NCBI GenBank assembly: GCA_011620275.1 | Contig: WOZK01000012.1 | Location: 31,665 to 95,664 of the forward strand | Length of the DNA stretch: 64,000 nucleotides | Direction of reading: 5' to 3' | DNA from: Candidatus Omnitrophota bacterium | GTDB lineage: Bacteria > Omnitrophota > Gorgyraeia > Gygaellales > Profunditerraquicolaceae | In this document: positions 41,323 through 51,485 of the stretch, piece by piece | Position numbering within the stretch: position 1 is the first letter of the stretch | Layout: each line of letters opens with the position of its first letter | The notes under the pieces: model-generated | The model's input: the letters and a program-made list of their open reading frames with translations, nothing else | What the model was told of the DNA's origin: nothing | Database searches by the model: none | Program-made: the position numbers and the translations under genes

Positions 41323-41700
41323 CTACTTTGATTTGAATTCCCCGGTCCGAAAGTCGAGCGAAAGGATGTAAGGTATCTTAGACTGGGGTTCTCTGCCGCC
41401 CTTTGTGCATCTCTCGGCCACGCCTCTCTGGCCCTCGGAAGAAAGATAATAGCGGAAATAATGAGTCGGGACGCATTTTTCCGGAGCGATCACATCGAGC
41501 TCTTTAACCGACTGCGCGCTCTCTCCGGTGAACATGCTGAGCGCCTGCTGCGCGTTGCGCAGCTGCCCAAGCACGTAACGAGCCTCCGCGACGCGTGATT
41601 TCTCTATGATGTCCCTTAAAGCGGCGAAACCCATGAACAAAAGGGCCAGGATGATCAGGATGGTGATAATGAGTTCGAGAAAAGAAAAACCCAATTTCAT
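41323..41700 (-). CDS. type IV pilin-like/pseudopilin protein with prepilin-type N-terminal cleavage/methylation domain
   Basis: MKLG|FSFLELIITILII: Gly at -1, Phe at +1, Glu at +5, followed by a hydrophobic helix. Confidence 0.75.
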   Translation of the reverse strand: MKLGFSFLELIITILIILALLFMGFAALRDIIEKSRVAEARYVLGQLRNAQQALSMFTGESAQSVKELDVIAPEKCVPTHYFRYYLSSEGQRGVAERCTKGGREPQSKIPYILSLDFRTGEFKSK

Positions 41701-41740
41701 AATATATTATTTTAGTAGCTTATGGGGAAATGGCAAGCAG

Positions 41741-41776
41741 AAAAAAAAGGGGGCGTTTCCCAGCGGGAACACCCCC
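41741..41776 (-). terminator. rho-independent terminator downstream of the H+-PPase gene
   Basis: Minus-strand hairpin GGGGGTGTTCCC-GCT-GGGAAACGCCCCC followed by an 8-U tract. Confidence 0.75.
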
Positions 41777-41798
41777 TTAGTTATTACGCTAACTGTCC

Positions 41799-43898
41799 TT
41801 ATTTAAAAAAACCGTGCGCGATTATGAACGACGCGAAAACGATGGACACCATGGACATCAGCTTGATTAAAATGTTCAAGCTGGGGCCGGAAGTATCCTT
41901 GAAAGGATCGCCAACGGTATCTCCTACAACCCCCGCTTTGTGGGCTATCGACCCTTTACCGCCGTGATGCCCTTCTTCGATGAACTTCTTGGCATTGTCC
42001 CATGCCCCGCCGGCATTAGCCATCATTACCGCAAGCACGAAACCGGTGACCGTGGCCCCCGTCAATAATCCGACGACCGCTTCCACTCCCACGAAAATAC
42101 CCACCAGTATAGGCGCGGCAATCGCCAGCAGAGAAGCCGGAATCATTTCTTTTTGCGCGGCAGCGGTAGCTATATCCACGCAGCGTGCGTAATCAGGCTT
42201 GGCCTTGCCTTCCAACAGACCGGTTATCTCTTTAAACTGTCGGCGGACTTCCACCACTATCTTGCCCGCAGCGCGCCCCACGGCGCGCATGGTCAAGGCG
42301 CAAAAAAGGAACGGCAGCATCCCGCCCAGAAACAACCCGACCAGGACGTTGGGATTGATAAGACTCAAGGAAAGTTCTTTACCGGCAAGCGCCACCTGGT
42401 CACGGTAAGCCGCGATCAGCGCCAGCGCCGTCAAGGCCGCAGAACCGATGGCAAAACCTTTTCCGGTCGCCGCTGTAGTATTGCCCAAAGCGTCCAGCGC
42501 GTCTGTCCTCTTGCGCACTTCAGGAGGAAGATGAGACATCTCCGCGTTCCCCCCGGCGTTGTCCGCCACCGGCCCGTAAGCGTCGGTAGCAAGCGTGATA
42601 CCGAGCGTCGAAAGCATGCCGACCGCCGATATCCCTATTCCGTAAAGACCGGTCCCGTAATTAGAGGCGCCGCCCGACAGGAAGAAACTCAACATAATCG
42701 CCAAACAAACTATTATTACGGGAACGGCGGTGGACATCATTCCTACCGCCATACCTCCGATAATTACCGTGGCCGGACCGGTCAAGGCCGAGTCGGCGAT
42801 GCCCTGTGTCGGTTTAAAGCTGCTCGAGGTGTAGTACTCGGTGCAAAGACCGATGATCATTCCCGCGATCAAGCCGGCCAGCACGGAATAGTAAACCCCG
42901 ATATGCTGCATACCAAGCGTTCCCTTGACCAGGAAAAAAGAAACCACCGCGACTATAAAGGAACTGACAAAAACGCCTTTTCTCAAGGCCGCCAGAAGCA
43001 CTCGCTGGTTAGCCTCTTCACGGCTCTTGACGAAAAACGTCCCGATGATAGAAGCGACCACGCCCACGGCCGCCATGACCATGGGAACGGTGACCCCGGG
43101 AAGACCGAGACCGGCCGTCACGCCCAGCGCGGAAGTGGCCACGATGGAGCCCACGTATGATTCGTATAGATCGGCTCCCATGCCGGCTACGTCTCCCACG
43201 TTATCCCCCACGTTATCGGCGATTACCGCCGGGTTGCGCGGGTCGTCTTCGGGAATGCCCGCCTCAACCTTACCCACAAGGTCGGCGCCCACGTCTGCGG
43301 CCTTGGTAAATATACCGCCTCCCACGCGCGCGAACAACGCCTGTGAACTGGCGCCCATGCCGAAACAAAGCATAGTAGAAGTAATGGCGGTTATTTTATC
43401 CATGCCGTAAGGAATAGCATGCGTTCCGTAATACCAATTAAGAAAATAATACCAGATGCTCAAATCAAGCAGCCCCAGACCGACTACCACCAGCCCCATG
43501 ACTGCGCCGCTGGAAAAAGCCACGCGCAAGCCGGAATTAAGGCTTTTAGTGGCGGCCTGCGCCGTGCGGTTGGAGGCGTTGGTCGCCACCGTCATGCCGA
43601 TAAAACCGGACAAGCCGGAAAAGAAACCGCCGGTAAGGAAGGCGAACGGCACGAATATCACCAGGTAGTTCTTGAAGGACAGATAAAACAGTATCAGGGA
43701 GACCACGGCAAAGAATATGCCCACTCCGACGTATTGCCTCTTCAGATAAGCGCGCGCGCCTACCTTTACCGCCAGAGCGATCTCCTTCATGCGGTCGTTA
43801 CCCTGGTCCTGTCTCATAATGAAACAAGCCAGATACGCCGCGAACGAAAGCGCCAGGATCGAACCTACGGGTGCCATCCAAAGAAAATCTGAAAACAT
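41799..43898 (-). CDS. hppA: membrane-bound proton-translocating pyrophosphatase (V-type H+-PPase)
   Basis: 699 aa, about 15 TM segments; motifs [19 protein letters not shown] and [21 protein letters not shown]. Confidence 0.93.
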   Translation of the reverse strand: MFSDFLWMAPVGSILALSFAAYLACFIMRQDQGNDRMKEIALAVKVGARAYLKRQYVGVGIFFAVVSLILFYLSFKNYLVIFVPFAFLTGGFFSGLSGFIGMTVATNASNRTAQAATKSLNSGLRVAFSSGAVMGLVVVGLGLLDLSIWYYFLNWYYGTHAIPYGMDKITAITSTMLCFGMGASSQALFARVGGGIFTKAADVGADLVGKVEAGIPEDDPRNPAVIADNVGDNVGDVAGMGADLYESYVGSIVATSALGVTAGLGLPGVTVPMVMAAVGVVASIIGTFFVKSREEANQRVLLAALRKGVFVSSFIVAVVSFFLVKGTLGMQHIGVYYSVLAGLIAGMIIGLCTEYYTSSSFKPTQGIADSALTGPATVIIGGMAVGMMSTAVPVIIVCLAIMLSFFLSGGASNYGTGLYGIGISAVGMLSTLGITLATDAYGPVADNAGGNAEMSHLPPEVRKRTDALDALGNTTAATGKGFAIGSAALTALALIAAYRDQVALAGKELSLSLINPNVLVGLFLGGMLPFLFCALTMRAVGRAAGKIVVEVRRQFKEITGLLEGKAKPDYARCVDIATAAAQKEMIPASLLAIAAPILVGIFVGVEAVVGLLTGATVTGFVLAVMMANAGGAWDNAKKFIEEGHHGGKGSIAHKAGVVGDTVGDPFKDTSGPSLNILIKLMSMVSIVFASFIIAHGFFK

Positions 43899-44013
43899 CT
43901 CTACTACCTCCTTTTGCCTGTTGAAAAACCATACCGGAGGCTTCCGGCTCCCGGGGCCTTGTCCGGGTAAAATTTAGAAAATAGATTATCACGTTTCGGA
44001 AATGGAGTCAATT

Positions 44014-44036
44014 AAAAAAAACCGGTTTGTACCGGG
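44014..44036 (-). terminator. rho-independent terminator downstream of the small ORF pair
   Basis: Minus-strand hairpin CCGGT-ACAA-ACCGG followed by a 7-U tract. Confidence 0.55.
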
Positions 44037-44126
44037 TTTTGTTTCTGAAATAACAACACCAAATCTATTCCGGTTATTCGGACCAGGTTTTCGCATTGTT
44101 CCGGGACCCAGTACCTAAAATCCGTA

Positions 44127-44459
44127 TTACCGCGTTCTTCTCGCCGCGAAGGTGAAGGCAAGAAAGTAGCTGCGCCAGGCGGCGTCCGTGGAATGGAAGC
44201 TGTTCTCCCCGAAGAAATCGTCCACTATCGCTTCCCGCATCCTGGTAAGCTCCTTGAGACGGGGAAACCCTTTTGCCGCGCTTATGGTGAGGTCTGACAG
44301 TTCCAGGGCGCGCTCGGCCGCGCGGCGCGCATAATCCGGATTATTGCGGGAACGCCAATTAACGGCCCGTTCCACCTCGCTGCCTATATTAGCCATCTGC
44401 TCGGCAAAGGTCAATTCCTGCCAGCGTCCGGCGGCAAGCTCCTTATGCTGACAACTCAT
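44127..44459 (-). CDS. hypothetical all-alpha protein (110 aa), second gene of a coupled pair
   Basis: ATGA overlap with the upstream ORF; has its own terminator downstream; no family confidently recognised (weak resemblance to MazG-like NTP-pyrophosphohydrolase helices). Confidence 0.45.
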   Translation of the reverse strand: MSCQHKELAAGRWQELTFAEQMANIGSEVERAVNWRSRNNPDYARRAAERALELSDLTISAAKGFPRLKELTRMREAIVDDFFGENSFHSTDAAWRSYFLAFTFAARRTR

Positions 44460-44797
44460 CTCTTTATCCTCTCCGCCACTATGGCGGCTATCTCCCTGCG
44501 CAACTTTTCGTCATCAACGCCGCGGCTTTTATTACCCTGTGAAGGGCGAAGATTGATCATCGAATCGAATTCGATAAAAGAATCATCCTGAAGATCGGGA
44601 TAAAGATTGATCCCCCAGAGATATTTTTGCTTAGAACCATCATCGAGCAAAGCGGCTTCCAGATCGGAATGCAAATCAGCATCAACCGCTATCAGCCTGC
44701 GTTCGGTGTCCACGACCGCCTTGACCATATTGCCGAATCCTTCCTCCGCCATCCGCTTCAACTCGTCTATAACCAATGTTTTCGATATTATTCTCAT
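44456..44797 (-). CDS. hypothetical protein (113 aa), first gene of a coupled pair
   Basis: Start overlaps the coaX stop; acidic central region; no recognisable domain. Confidence 0.45.
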   Translation of the reverse strand: MRIISKTLVIDELKRMAEEGFGNMVKAVVDTERRLIAVDADLHSDLEAALLDDGSKQKYLWGINLYPDLQDDSFIEFDSMINLRPSQGNKSRGVDDEKLRREIAAIVAERIKR

Positions 44798-45609
44798 GGC
44801 CTCGCAATATCCTCCATATCTTCCATTCCTTCCCCGTTACTTAAATCGGTCTTTTTATTATAATGCTCATACACCATCCTTAATCCCCGCAGGGTCAGGT
44901 CAGGCTCGATACGGTCGAAAACGCGGGTATAACGGCTGATAAACCGTATGTCGCCGCCGGTGCCGATAACCACGGCCTTGCCTCCAAGCTGTTTCTTCAT
45001 CCCGTCGCAGAGTCCATCGCAGACTGCGGCGGTCCCTCTTACTACGCCGTTCAATATGCCGTCCTGCGTGCGCTTGCCCAGCAATCCGGAAGGAGCCTGC
45101 AGTTTGACTTTCGGCAGCAGAGCCGTCCCCTCGCTCAAAGCCCGTAGCTGCATACCCATCCCGGGAAATATCATACCTCCCAGGTATTCGCCCCGCGCGG
45201 ACACCGCGTCAAAGGTGACAGCCGTCCCCAAGTCAACACAGATCAAAGGCACTCCAAACAGCTTAGCCGCGGCGTAAGCGTTCACCAAACGGTCTTGCCC
45301 GGTTTCTTTCGGCCTCGTATAAAGGTTTTTCAACGGCACTATCACGCCGTTGCTGCCGACCACCATCGGCTTAAACAAAGACAACAGTTTCAGGCAGCGG
45401 CAGAAGGAACGCGTCGCCGCCGGCACCACGCTACAGATCACCACGTCCCCAGCGCCTTTTATGCCGATATTGCGCAGGCTCGCGCCGCAATTCTCCGCGC
45501 GCGCGGTGGGGATATTCACGCGGCGCAGCAGCCTCTCACCGAAAAAAACCCCGGCGGTGATATTGCTGTTGCCGATATCAAACGCGAAAAGCGGCTTCAT
45601 AGTTTTCAT
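44794..45609 (-). CDS. coaX: type III pantothenate kinase
   Basis: FAFDIGNSNITAGVF..DLGTAVTFD acetate/sugar-kinase fold of the CoaX family; ATG overlaps the uvrB TGA (ATGA). Confidence 0.9.
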   Translation of the reverse strand: MKTMKPLFAFDIGNSNITAGVFFGERLLRRVNIPTARAENCGASLRNIGIKGAGDVVICSVVPAATRSFCRCLKLLSLFKPMVVGSNGVIVPLKNLYTRPKETGQDRLVNAYAAAKLFGVPLICVDLGTAVTFDAVSARGEYLGGMIFPGMGMQLRALSEGTALLPKVKLQAPSGLLGKRTQDGILNGVVRGTAAVCDGLCDGMKKQLGGKAVVIGTGGDIRFISRYTRVFDRIEPDLTLRGLRMVYEHYNKKTDLSNGEGMEDMEDIARP

Positions 45610-47576
45610 TTTTTCAACCTCCCGATCTCTTTGAGTTTATCCCTAAAGGCTGCGGCCTTCTCAAACTGAAGGTTGCGCGCCGCCAGTTCCATTTCATACT
45701 CCAGCTCGGAGGCGTAACGGTTCAACTCATATTCTTCTTTGTTGAGGCCGGTCAGGTCTTCCACGTAATCCTCGGCTTTATCGTATATTTCGATGCCGTC
45801 TTTTATTGCCTTGTTCACGGAGACAGGCGTAATTCCGTGCTCTTTGTTATATTCAAGCTGTATCCTGCGGCGACGGTTGGATTCCGAGATCGCCTTGCGC
45901 ATGGAATCTGTCACACTGTCGGCATACATCACCACCGTGCCGTTTATGTTACGAGCCGCTCTGCCGGAGACCTGAATCAACGAAGTGGCGGAACGCAGAA
46001 AGCCCTCTTTATCGGCGTCGAGAATCGCCACCAGCGACACCTCCGGCAGATCCAGCCCTTCACGCAGAAGATTCACTCCCACCACGCAGTCAAAATCCTT
46101 TTTCCGCAGTCCTTTCAGTATTTTGCTGCGCTCGAAGGTTTTGACCTCGGAATGCAGATATTTGACCCTCACCCCGCGTTCCTGAAGATACGTGCTCAAA
46201 TCCTCGGCCATGCGTTTCGTCAGAGTAGTAACCAATGTTCTTTCTTCGCGCGAGGCGCGCTCCTTGACAAGCTTGAGCAAATCATCCACCTGCCCCTCCA
46301 CCGGCTTGATCTCCACCTGGGGGTCCACCAGACCGGTCGGCCTGATTATCTGCTCTACCACGTTCCCCTTGCTCTGCCCGATCTCGTATTTTTCCGGAGT
46401 GGCGGAAACGAATATCGTCTGCCCCATCAAAGCCTCTATCTCCGGAAATCTGAGCGGCCGGTTATCCAGGCATGACGGCAGGCGGAAACCGTATTCTATC
46501 AACACTTCCTTCCTGGCGCGGTCTCCCTCAAACATCCCGCGCAGTTGCGGCACGGTCACGTGCGATTCGTCTATGATGGTCAGGAATCCCGTCGGGAAAT
46601 AATCCATCAGACAATACGGGCGCGACCCGGGCGGCCTGCCGGAGAGGTAACGGGAATAATTCTCTATCCCGTGGCAGTAACCGGTCTCTTTAAGCATCTC
46701 CATGTCATACTTGGTGCGGGACTCGAGGCGCTGCGCCTCCAATAGCTTATTCTGTCGGCGCAGTTCATCGCAGCGCAGGCGCATATCCGCGCTGATCGAC
46801 TCCATAGCCGGAGACATCAACTCCTGCGCTACCAGAAAATGCTTGGCGGGATACACCGCCGCCTTCTCCATGCCGGCGAGAATATTCCCGGATACCGGGT
46901 CGACCTCGCTGATCTTGTCCACTCTGTCTCCGTAGAATTCCACTCTCAAAGCGGTTTCCCTGTAAGCCGGATATATCTCGACCGTATCCCCCCTGACGCG
47001 GAAACGTCCGCGTTTGAACTCGTAATCGTTTCTTTCATACTGCACGTTCACCAGGTCAAGCATCAGCCTGTCGCGACCGTTTTCCGAACCTTTCTCTACG
47101 AAAACCAGCGCGTCGCGGTAGTCATCGGGAGAACCGAGGTTATAAATACAGGAGACCGAAGCCACGATTATCACGTCCCTGCGCGACATCAAAGAACTGG
47201 TGGCGGAAAGACGCAAACGGTCCAGCCTGTCGTTTATGGAGGCGTCTTTCTCTATATATGTGTCCGTTGACGGGATGTAGGCTTCCGGCTGATAATAATC
47301 GTAGTAGCTGACGAAATACTCCACGGCGTTGTGCGGGAAGAATTCCTTGAACTCCGAATACAGCTGCGCGGCGAGCGTCTTATTATGAGAGATGACCAGA
47401 ACGGGGATATTCAGCCCGGCTATCACGTTCGCCAAGGTGAAGGTTTTTCCCGATCCCGTGACCCCGAGCAGAGTCTGGCGGGAATTACCGGAAAGAATTA
47501 ACCGGGTGAGCTTCTCTATCGCCTGCGGCTGGTCGCCGCGCGGGCGGTAAGAAGAAACCAGCTTGAACAAAGACAT
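45606..47576 (-). CDS. uvrB: excinuclease ABC subunit B
   Basis: 656 aa; GDQPQAI..GVTGSGKTFT helicase motifs, beta-hairpin region and C-terminal UVR domain. Confidence 0.97.
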   Translation of the reverse strand: MSLFKLVSSYRPRGDQPQAIEKLTRLILSGNSRQTLLGVTGSGKTFTLANVIAGLNIPVLVISHNKTLAAQLYSEFKEFFPHNAVEYFVSYYDYYQPEAYIPSTDTYIEKDASINDRLDRLRLSATSSLMSRRDVIIVASVSCIYNLGSPDDYRDALVFVEKGSENGRDRLMLDLVNVQYERNDYEFKRGRFRVRGDTVEIYPAYRETALRVEFYGDRVDKISEVDPVSGNILAGMEKAAVYPAKHFLVAQELMSPAMESISADMRLRCDELRRQNKLLEAQRLESRTKYDMEMLKETGYCHGIENYSRYLSGRPPGSRPYCLMDYFPTGFLTIIDESHVTVPQLRGMFEGDRARKEVLIEYGFRLPSCLDNRPLRFPEIEALMGQTIFVSATPEKYEIGQSKGNVVEQIIRPTGLVDPQVEIKPVEGQVDDLLKLVKERASREERTLVTTLTKRMAEDLSTYLQERGVRVKYLHSEVKTFERSKILKGLRKKDFDCVVGVNLLREGLDLPEVSLVAILDADKEGFLRSATSLIQVSGRAARNINGTVVMYADSVTDSMRKAISESNRRRRIQLEYNKEHGITPVSVNKAIKDGIEIYDKAEDYVEDLTGLNKEEYELNRYASELEYEMELAARNLQFEKAAAFRDKLKEIGRLKK

Positions 47577-47577
47577 T

Positions 47578-48474
47578 TCACCTGCCTTTTACGGCCGCCG
47601 GGATGAATTCCATGCTGATGTCCGCCGATTTAACGTTATGGGTGAGCGCTCCCACGGAGATGATATCCGCGCCGGCGGCGGCGTAAGCGCGAATATTGGA
47701 AAGAGTGATGCCTCCAGACACCTCCAGCAAAGGAACGCGCCGTTCCGCCTTGCCGCGCAGCCGCACCGCTTTACGGATATCGACGGGCTTCATATTATCG
47801 AGCATAATGATGTCCGGCTTAAGCGAAAGCGCCATGCGGAAGTCATCCAGGTTCTCTACTTCTATCTCTATCTTCATCTTTCCGTGCGGGAACCTGTTCC
47901 TTAGCTTTGAGAACGCGCGGCTCAAATAAAGGTGTTTGCCGCTTTTCGGGCAGGCCGCCAGATGATTGTCCTTTACCAGCACCATTTCATCCAGGCAGCT
48001 GCGGTGGTTATCCGCCCCTCCCGTACGCACGGCGTATTTCTGCAAGGAGCGCAAACCGGGGAAAGTCTTGCGCGTATCCACCACTTTGACGCCGTAGGAT
48101 TTCACTTTGTCGGCGTAAGCGCGAGCCTGAGTGGCTATCCCGGAAAGCATCCCTACGAAATTTATAGCGACACGCTCTCCTTTTAGCAGTGAACGCGCCT
48201 TTCCGCTCACGCGTGCCAGTTCTGCGCCGCGTCGGACTTTTTCGCCTTCTCTGCGCAGCTTCCTAAAGGAGACTTTTTCGTCAACCTGCCTGAATACCTC
48301 GGCGGCGATGTCCAGACCGCAGACCACCATCTCCCGGACGGCGATGAAAGAAGCCGAAGCTGAACAGCCTCCGGGCACGAAAAAATCCGTGGTGACGTCA
48401 CCGCTGCCGATATCCTCGCGCAGCGCCTGCGACACTATCCTGCCGTATTCTATATTATTTCCGCAATTCTTCAT
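47578..48474 (-). CDS. nadC: nicotinate-nucleotide diphosphorylase (carboxylating)
   Basis: 298 aa; quinolinate PRTase family with MLDNM motif and C-terminal SVGALTHNV. Confidence 0.88.
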   Translation of the reverse strand: MKNCGNNIEYGRIVSQALREDIGSGDVTTDFFVPGGCSASASFIAVREMVVCGLDIAAEVFRQVDEKVSFRKLRREGEKVRRGAELARVSGKARSLLKGERVAINFVGMLSGIATQARAYADKVKSYGVKVVDTRKTFPGLRSLQKYAVRTGGADNHRSCLDEMVLVKDNHLAACPKSGKHLYLSRAFSKLRNRFPHGKMKIEIEVENLDDFRMALSLKPDIIMLDNMKPVDIRKAVRLRGKAERRVPLLEVSGGITLSNIRAYAAAGADIISVGALTHNVKSADISMEFIPAAVKGR

Positions 48475-51205
48475 ATATTCCGCGGTACCTTTCCAGGGTC
48501 TCTTTCAACTCCCGCAGTCTATCTTTCTCTTTATCCACAATTTCCCCGGGGGCTTTGTCTGCGAAACCAGGTTTTGCCAGCATAGCTTCCTTGCCGCGGA
48601 TCGCCCCGGATGTATTATCAATTTTAACGCGGAGTTTTTCCCTTTGCGCCGCGATATCCACTATACCTACGAGCAAAACGCTCACATGCATACCCCCGGC
48701 TACTGCGGCAACCGAAGACGGTTTATGATTGTACCCTTTCTCAATGCCAAGAACGGATATTCTCGCCAGACGGCGTATGACCGCGGAAAGCGGCTTCAGC
48801 GCCTCTGCCTGCGCCTTTGAAGAAGCAGCTATGACCGCGGGTACCTCCTTCTGCGGCGGAATGTCGAGTTCCTGACGGATGTTGCGCACAGCGGCGATCA
48901 CGGCAAAGATATCCTCCATGAAAGTCTCCGCCTTGCGGTCCTGGCGCAAATCCTTGTGTGCCGGCCAGGCGCGCGTCATAACTGAATCGCCCACGTGCGG
49001 AAGTTTCTGCCAAATCTCCTCGGTGATAAACGGCATGAAAGGATGCAAGGCGGCCAGGAAGTTCTCCAGCACACGCAGCATCACCGACTGGTTCTGCCGA
49101 TCCTTCATATCAAGCTTGATTATCTCCAGGTACCAGTCGCAGTATTCCTTCCAGAAAAAAGAATACAGCAGGTTGGCCGCCTCGTTGAAGCGGAAAGCGG
49201 AGAGCGAGGCATCGGTTTTCTTCAGGGTGACGGAAAGCCTGCTCAATATCCATCGGTTGACCGCGCTTAAATCCTTTTCAGAAGAAACGGCGGACGCCTC
49301 AACCGCCCCTGTTCCCGGCTCAAGGTTCATCATCACCAGGCGCGAGGCGTTCCATATCTTGTTGGCGAAATTTCTGCCCTGCTCGAACCTCTCCCTGGAA
49401 AGATAAACGTCCTGCCCTTGGGCTGTGATGGCGATCAGGCTGAAACGCAGGGCGTCGGTGCCGTATTGCGAAATTATTTCCAGCGGGTCGATGCTGTTTC
49501 CCAGGGATTTGGACATCTTCCTGCCGTCCTTATCCCTGACCGTGCCGTGTATATAGACGTCCCTGAACGGTATGTCCCCCATGAACTCAAACCCGGCCAT
49601 AATCATGCGCGCCACCCAGAAAAAGATGATCTCAGAGGCGGTGGTCAGGGTATCGGTGGGATAGAAATACGCCAGTTCTTTCTTTTTCTTCTTCTCTTCT
49701 TTTCCCTGCCCGAACGGCCAGCCGAAAGTGGCGAACGGCCAGAGCCAAGAAGAAAACCAGGTGTCAAGCACATCCTCATCCTGACGCAGCTGCGCGTTTC
49801 CGCAGACCGGGCATTTCTCCGGTTTAGTCCCGGATACAATGACCCCCTCTTCCTCATTATTTTTCCGGCCGGAATCTCTGTCCGCGCGCGATGGACTATC
49901 GGCTGTGGATTGTTCCTGCCGCCTAAGGCAGCTGTCGCAGTAATAAACCGGCAGTCGGTGCCCCCACCAGATCTGCCGTGAGATACACCAATCCTGAATG
50001 TTCTCCATCCAGTTCAGATAGACCTTGGTCCAGCGCTTCGGATAAAACTTGATTCTACCCTTTTTCACCGCTTCTATGGCAGGCAAAGAAAGCGGCTTCA
50101 TCTTCACGAACCACTGCCTGGAAAGATACGGTTCGATTATGGTGTGGCAGCGATAACAGTGCCCGGCGGAAAGCTTATGCGGTTCTATCTTCTCCAGCAG
50201 GCCTTTTTCCTTCATATCTTCCAGCACGACTTCCCTGGCCTCAAACCTGTCCATCCCGGAATACTCTCCGGCAAGGTCGTTCATCCTGCCGTCCGGGTGC
50301 ATCACGTTGATGAATTGCAGTCCGTGCTTTCTGCCCATACGGTAATCGTTGGGATCGTGCGCCGGGGTGACCTTGACCGCTCCGGTACCGAAGCCGGCGT
50401 CCACTTCCGAATCGGCGATAATCTTTATCTCTCTGCCGGCCAAAGGCAGCAACAGCGTTTTTCCGACGAGTTTCTTATAGCGCCTGTCATTTGGATTGAC
50501 CGCGACCGCGGTATCGCCGAGCATGGTCTCCGGCCTGGTAGTGGCAACCGTCACGGACCGCGAAGGGTCGTCCTTCAAGGGATATTTGAGATAATAAAGA
50601 TGCGCGTCCAGCTCATGGTGCGGGGCCTCTTCGTCTGCGAGGGCGGTCTGGCATCGCGGGCACCAGTTGATAATGTATTCGCCGCGGTAAACAAGGCCTT
50701 TTTCGTAAAGCCGGATGAAGACCTCCGTGACCGCCCTGGAATATCCCTCATCCATGGTGAACCGCGCGCGCGTCCAGTCACAGGATGCGCCGAGTTTCCT
50801 GAGCTGTTTTATAATAGTTGAGCCGTACTGTTCCTTCCACTGCCAGACGCGCTCCAGAAATTTCTCGCGGCCAAGGTCCTGCCTGCGCAGTCCTTCCTTC
50901 ATCAGCATCTTCTCCACCACGTTCTGGGTGGCGATGCCGGCGTGGTCTGTCCCGGGCATCCAGAGGCTCGACTTCCCTTTCATACGCTGCTGCCGGATAA
51001 GTATATCCTGAATGGTATCGTTGAGGGCGTGCCCCATATGCAGAATACCAGTGACATTGGGAGGAGGAATAACGATGGAAAAAGGTTTCTTCCCGGAATC
51101 CGCCGAAACCCCGAAATAACCATTATCTTCCCAGAACTTATACCATTTGTCCTCGGTATCCGCGGGATTGTAATGAGTGGGTATCTCGTTTATATTTTCT
51201 TCCAT
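48455..51205 (-). CDS. valS: valine--tRNA ligase
   Basis: 916 aa; HMGH (HIGH-type) and KMSKS class I motifs, CP1 editing domain and C-terminal coiled coil. Confidence 0.96.
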   Translation of the reverse strand: MEENINEIPTHYNPADTEDKWYKFWEDNGYFGVSADSGKKPFSIVIPPPNVTGILHMGHALNDTIQDILIRQQRMKGKSSLWMPGTDHAGIATQNVVEKMLMKEGLRRQDLGREKFLERVWQWKEQYGSTIIKQLRKLGASCDWTRARFTMDEGYSRAVTEVFIRLYEKGLVYRGEYIINWCPRCQTALADEEAPHHELDAHLYYLKYPLKDDPSRSVTVATTRPETMLGDTAVAVNPNDRRYKKLVGKTLLLPLAGREIKIIADSEVDAGFGTGAVKVTPAHDPNDYRMGRKHGLQFINVMHPDGRMNDLAGEYSGMDRFEAREVVLEDMKEKGLLEKIEPHKLSAGHCYRCHTIIEPYLSRQWFVKMKPLSLPAIEAVKKGRIKFYPKRWTKVYLNWMENIQDWCISRQIWWGHRLPVYYCDSCLRRQEQSTADSPSRADRDSGRKNNEEEGVIVSGTKPEKCPVCGNAQLRQDEDVLDTWFSSWLWPFATFGWPFGQGKEEKKKKKELAYFYPTDTLTTASEIIFFWVARMIMAGFEFMGDIPFRDVYIHGTVRDKDGRKMSKSLGNSIDPLEIISQYGTDALRFSLIAITAQGQDVYLSRERFEQGRNFANKIWNASRLVMMNLEPGTGAVEASAVSSEKDLSAVNRWILSRLSVTLKKTDASLSAFRFNEAANLLYSFFWKEYCDWYLEIIKLDMKDRQNQSVMLRVLENFLAALHPFMPFITEEIWQKLPHVGDSVMTRAWPAHKDLRQDRKAETFMEDIFAVIAAVRNIRQELDIPPQKEVPAVIAASSKAQAEALKPLSAVIRRLARISVLGIEKGYNHKPSSVAAVAGGMHVSVLLVGIVDIAAQREKLRVKIDNTSGAIRGKEAMLAKPGFADKAPGEIVDKEKDRLRELKETLERYRGIYEELRK

Positions 51206-51232
51206 GAATAATCTCCGGGTGAAAACCGGCTG

Positions 51233-51462
51233 CGGTTACGGTAACGAAAGACGATTGACGATACGGGCATCGTAACCGGGAAACGATAGACGAGTTTTAA
51301 TATCGGTAACGGTTACGGATATAGTCAACCGATCTTCCCTCTCTAATAGCGTACTTCTCCCCAGTTCAGTAAGTTTTTTAAACAGCACACTTTGTCCGCC
51401 ATTGAATCGTTGACGACACTAAAACAAGGACAGCGCAACCGAAAGACGATATAAACAACCGG
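51233..51462. repeat. conserved ~230-bp non-coding element, copy 2, immediately upstream of valS
   Basis: Homologous to 29546-29745; begins with CGGTTACGGTAACGAAA about 27 nt before the valS ATG and contains additional CGGTAACGGTTACG and CGTAACCGG motifs. Confidence 0.7.
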
Positions 51463-51485
51463 ATTTTGTAACTTCTGCACTCTGA

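Noticed and set aside
48455-51205. Cys-x2-Cys...Cys-x2-Cys insertion with a low-complexity acidic linker inside valS
   Set aside because: Zinc-binding insertions in class I aaRS are common lineage-specific features; there is no evidence of a separate ORF or mobile insertion, so it is not reported as a finding.
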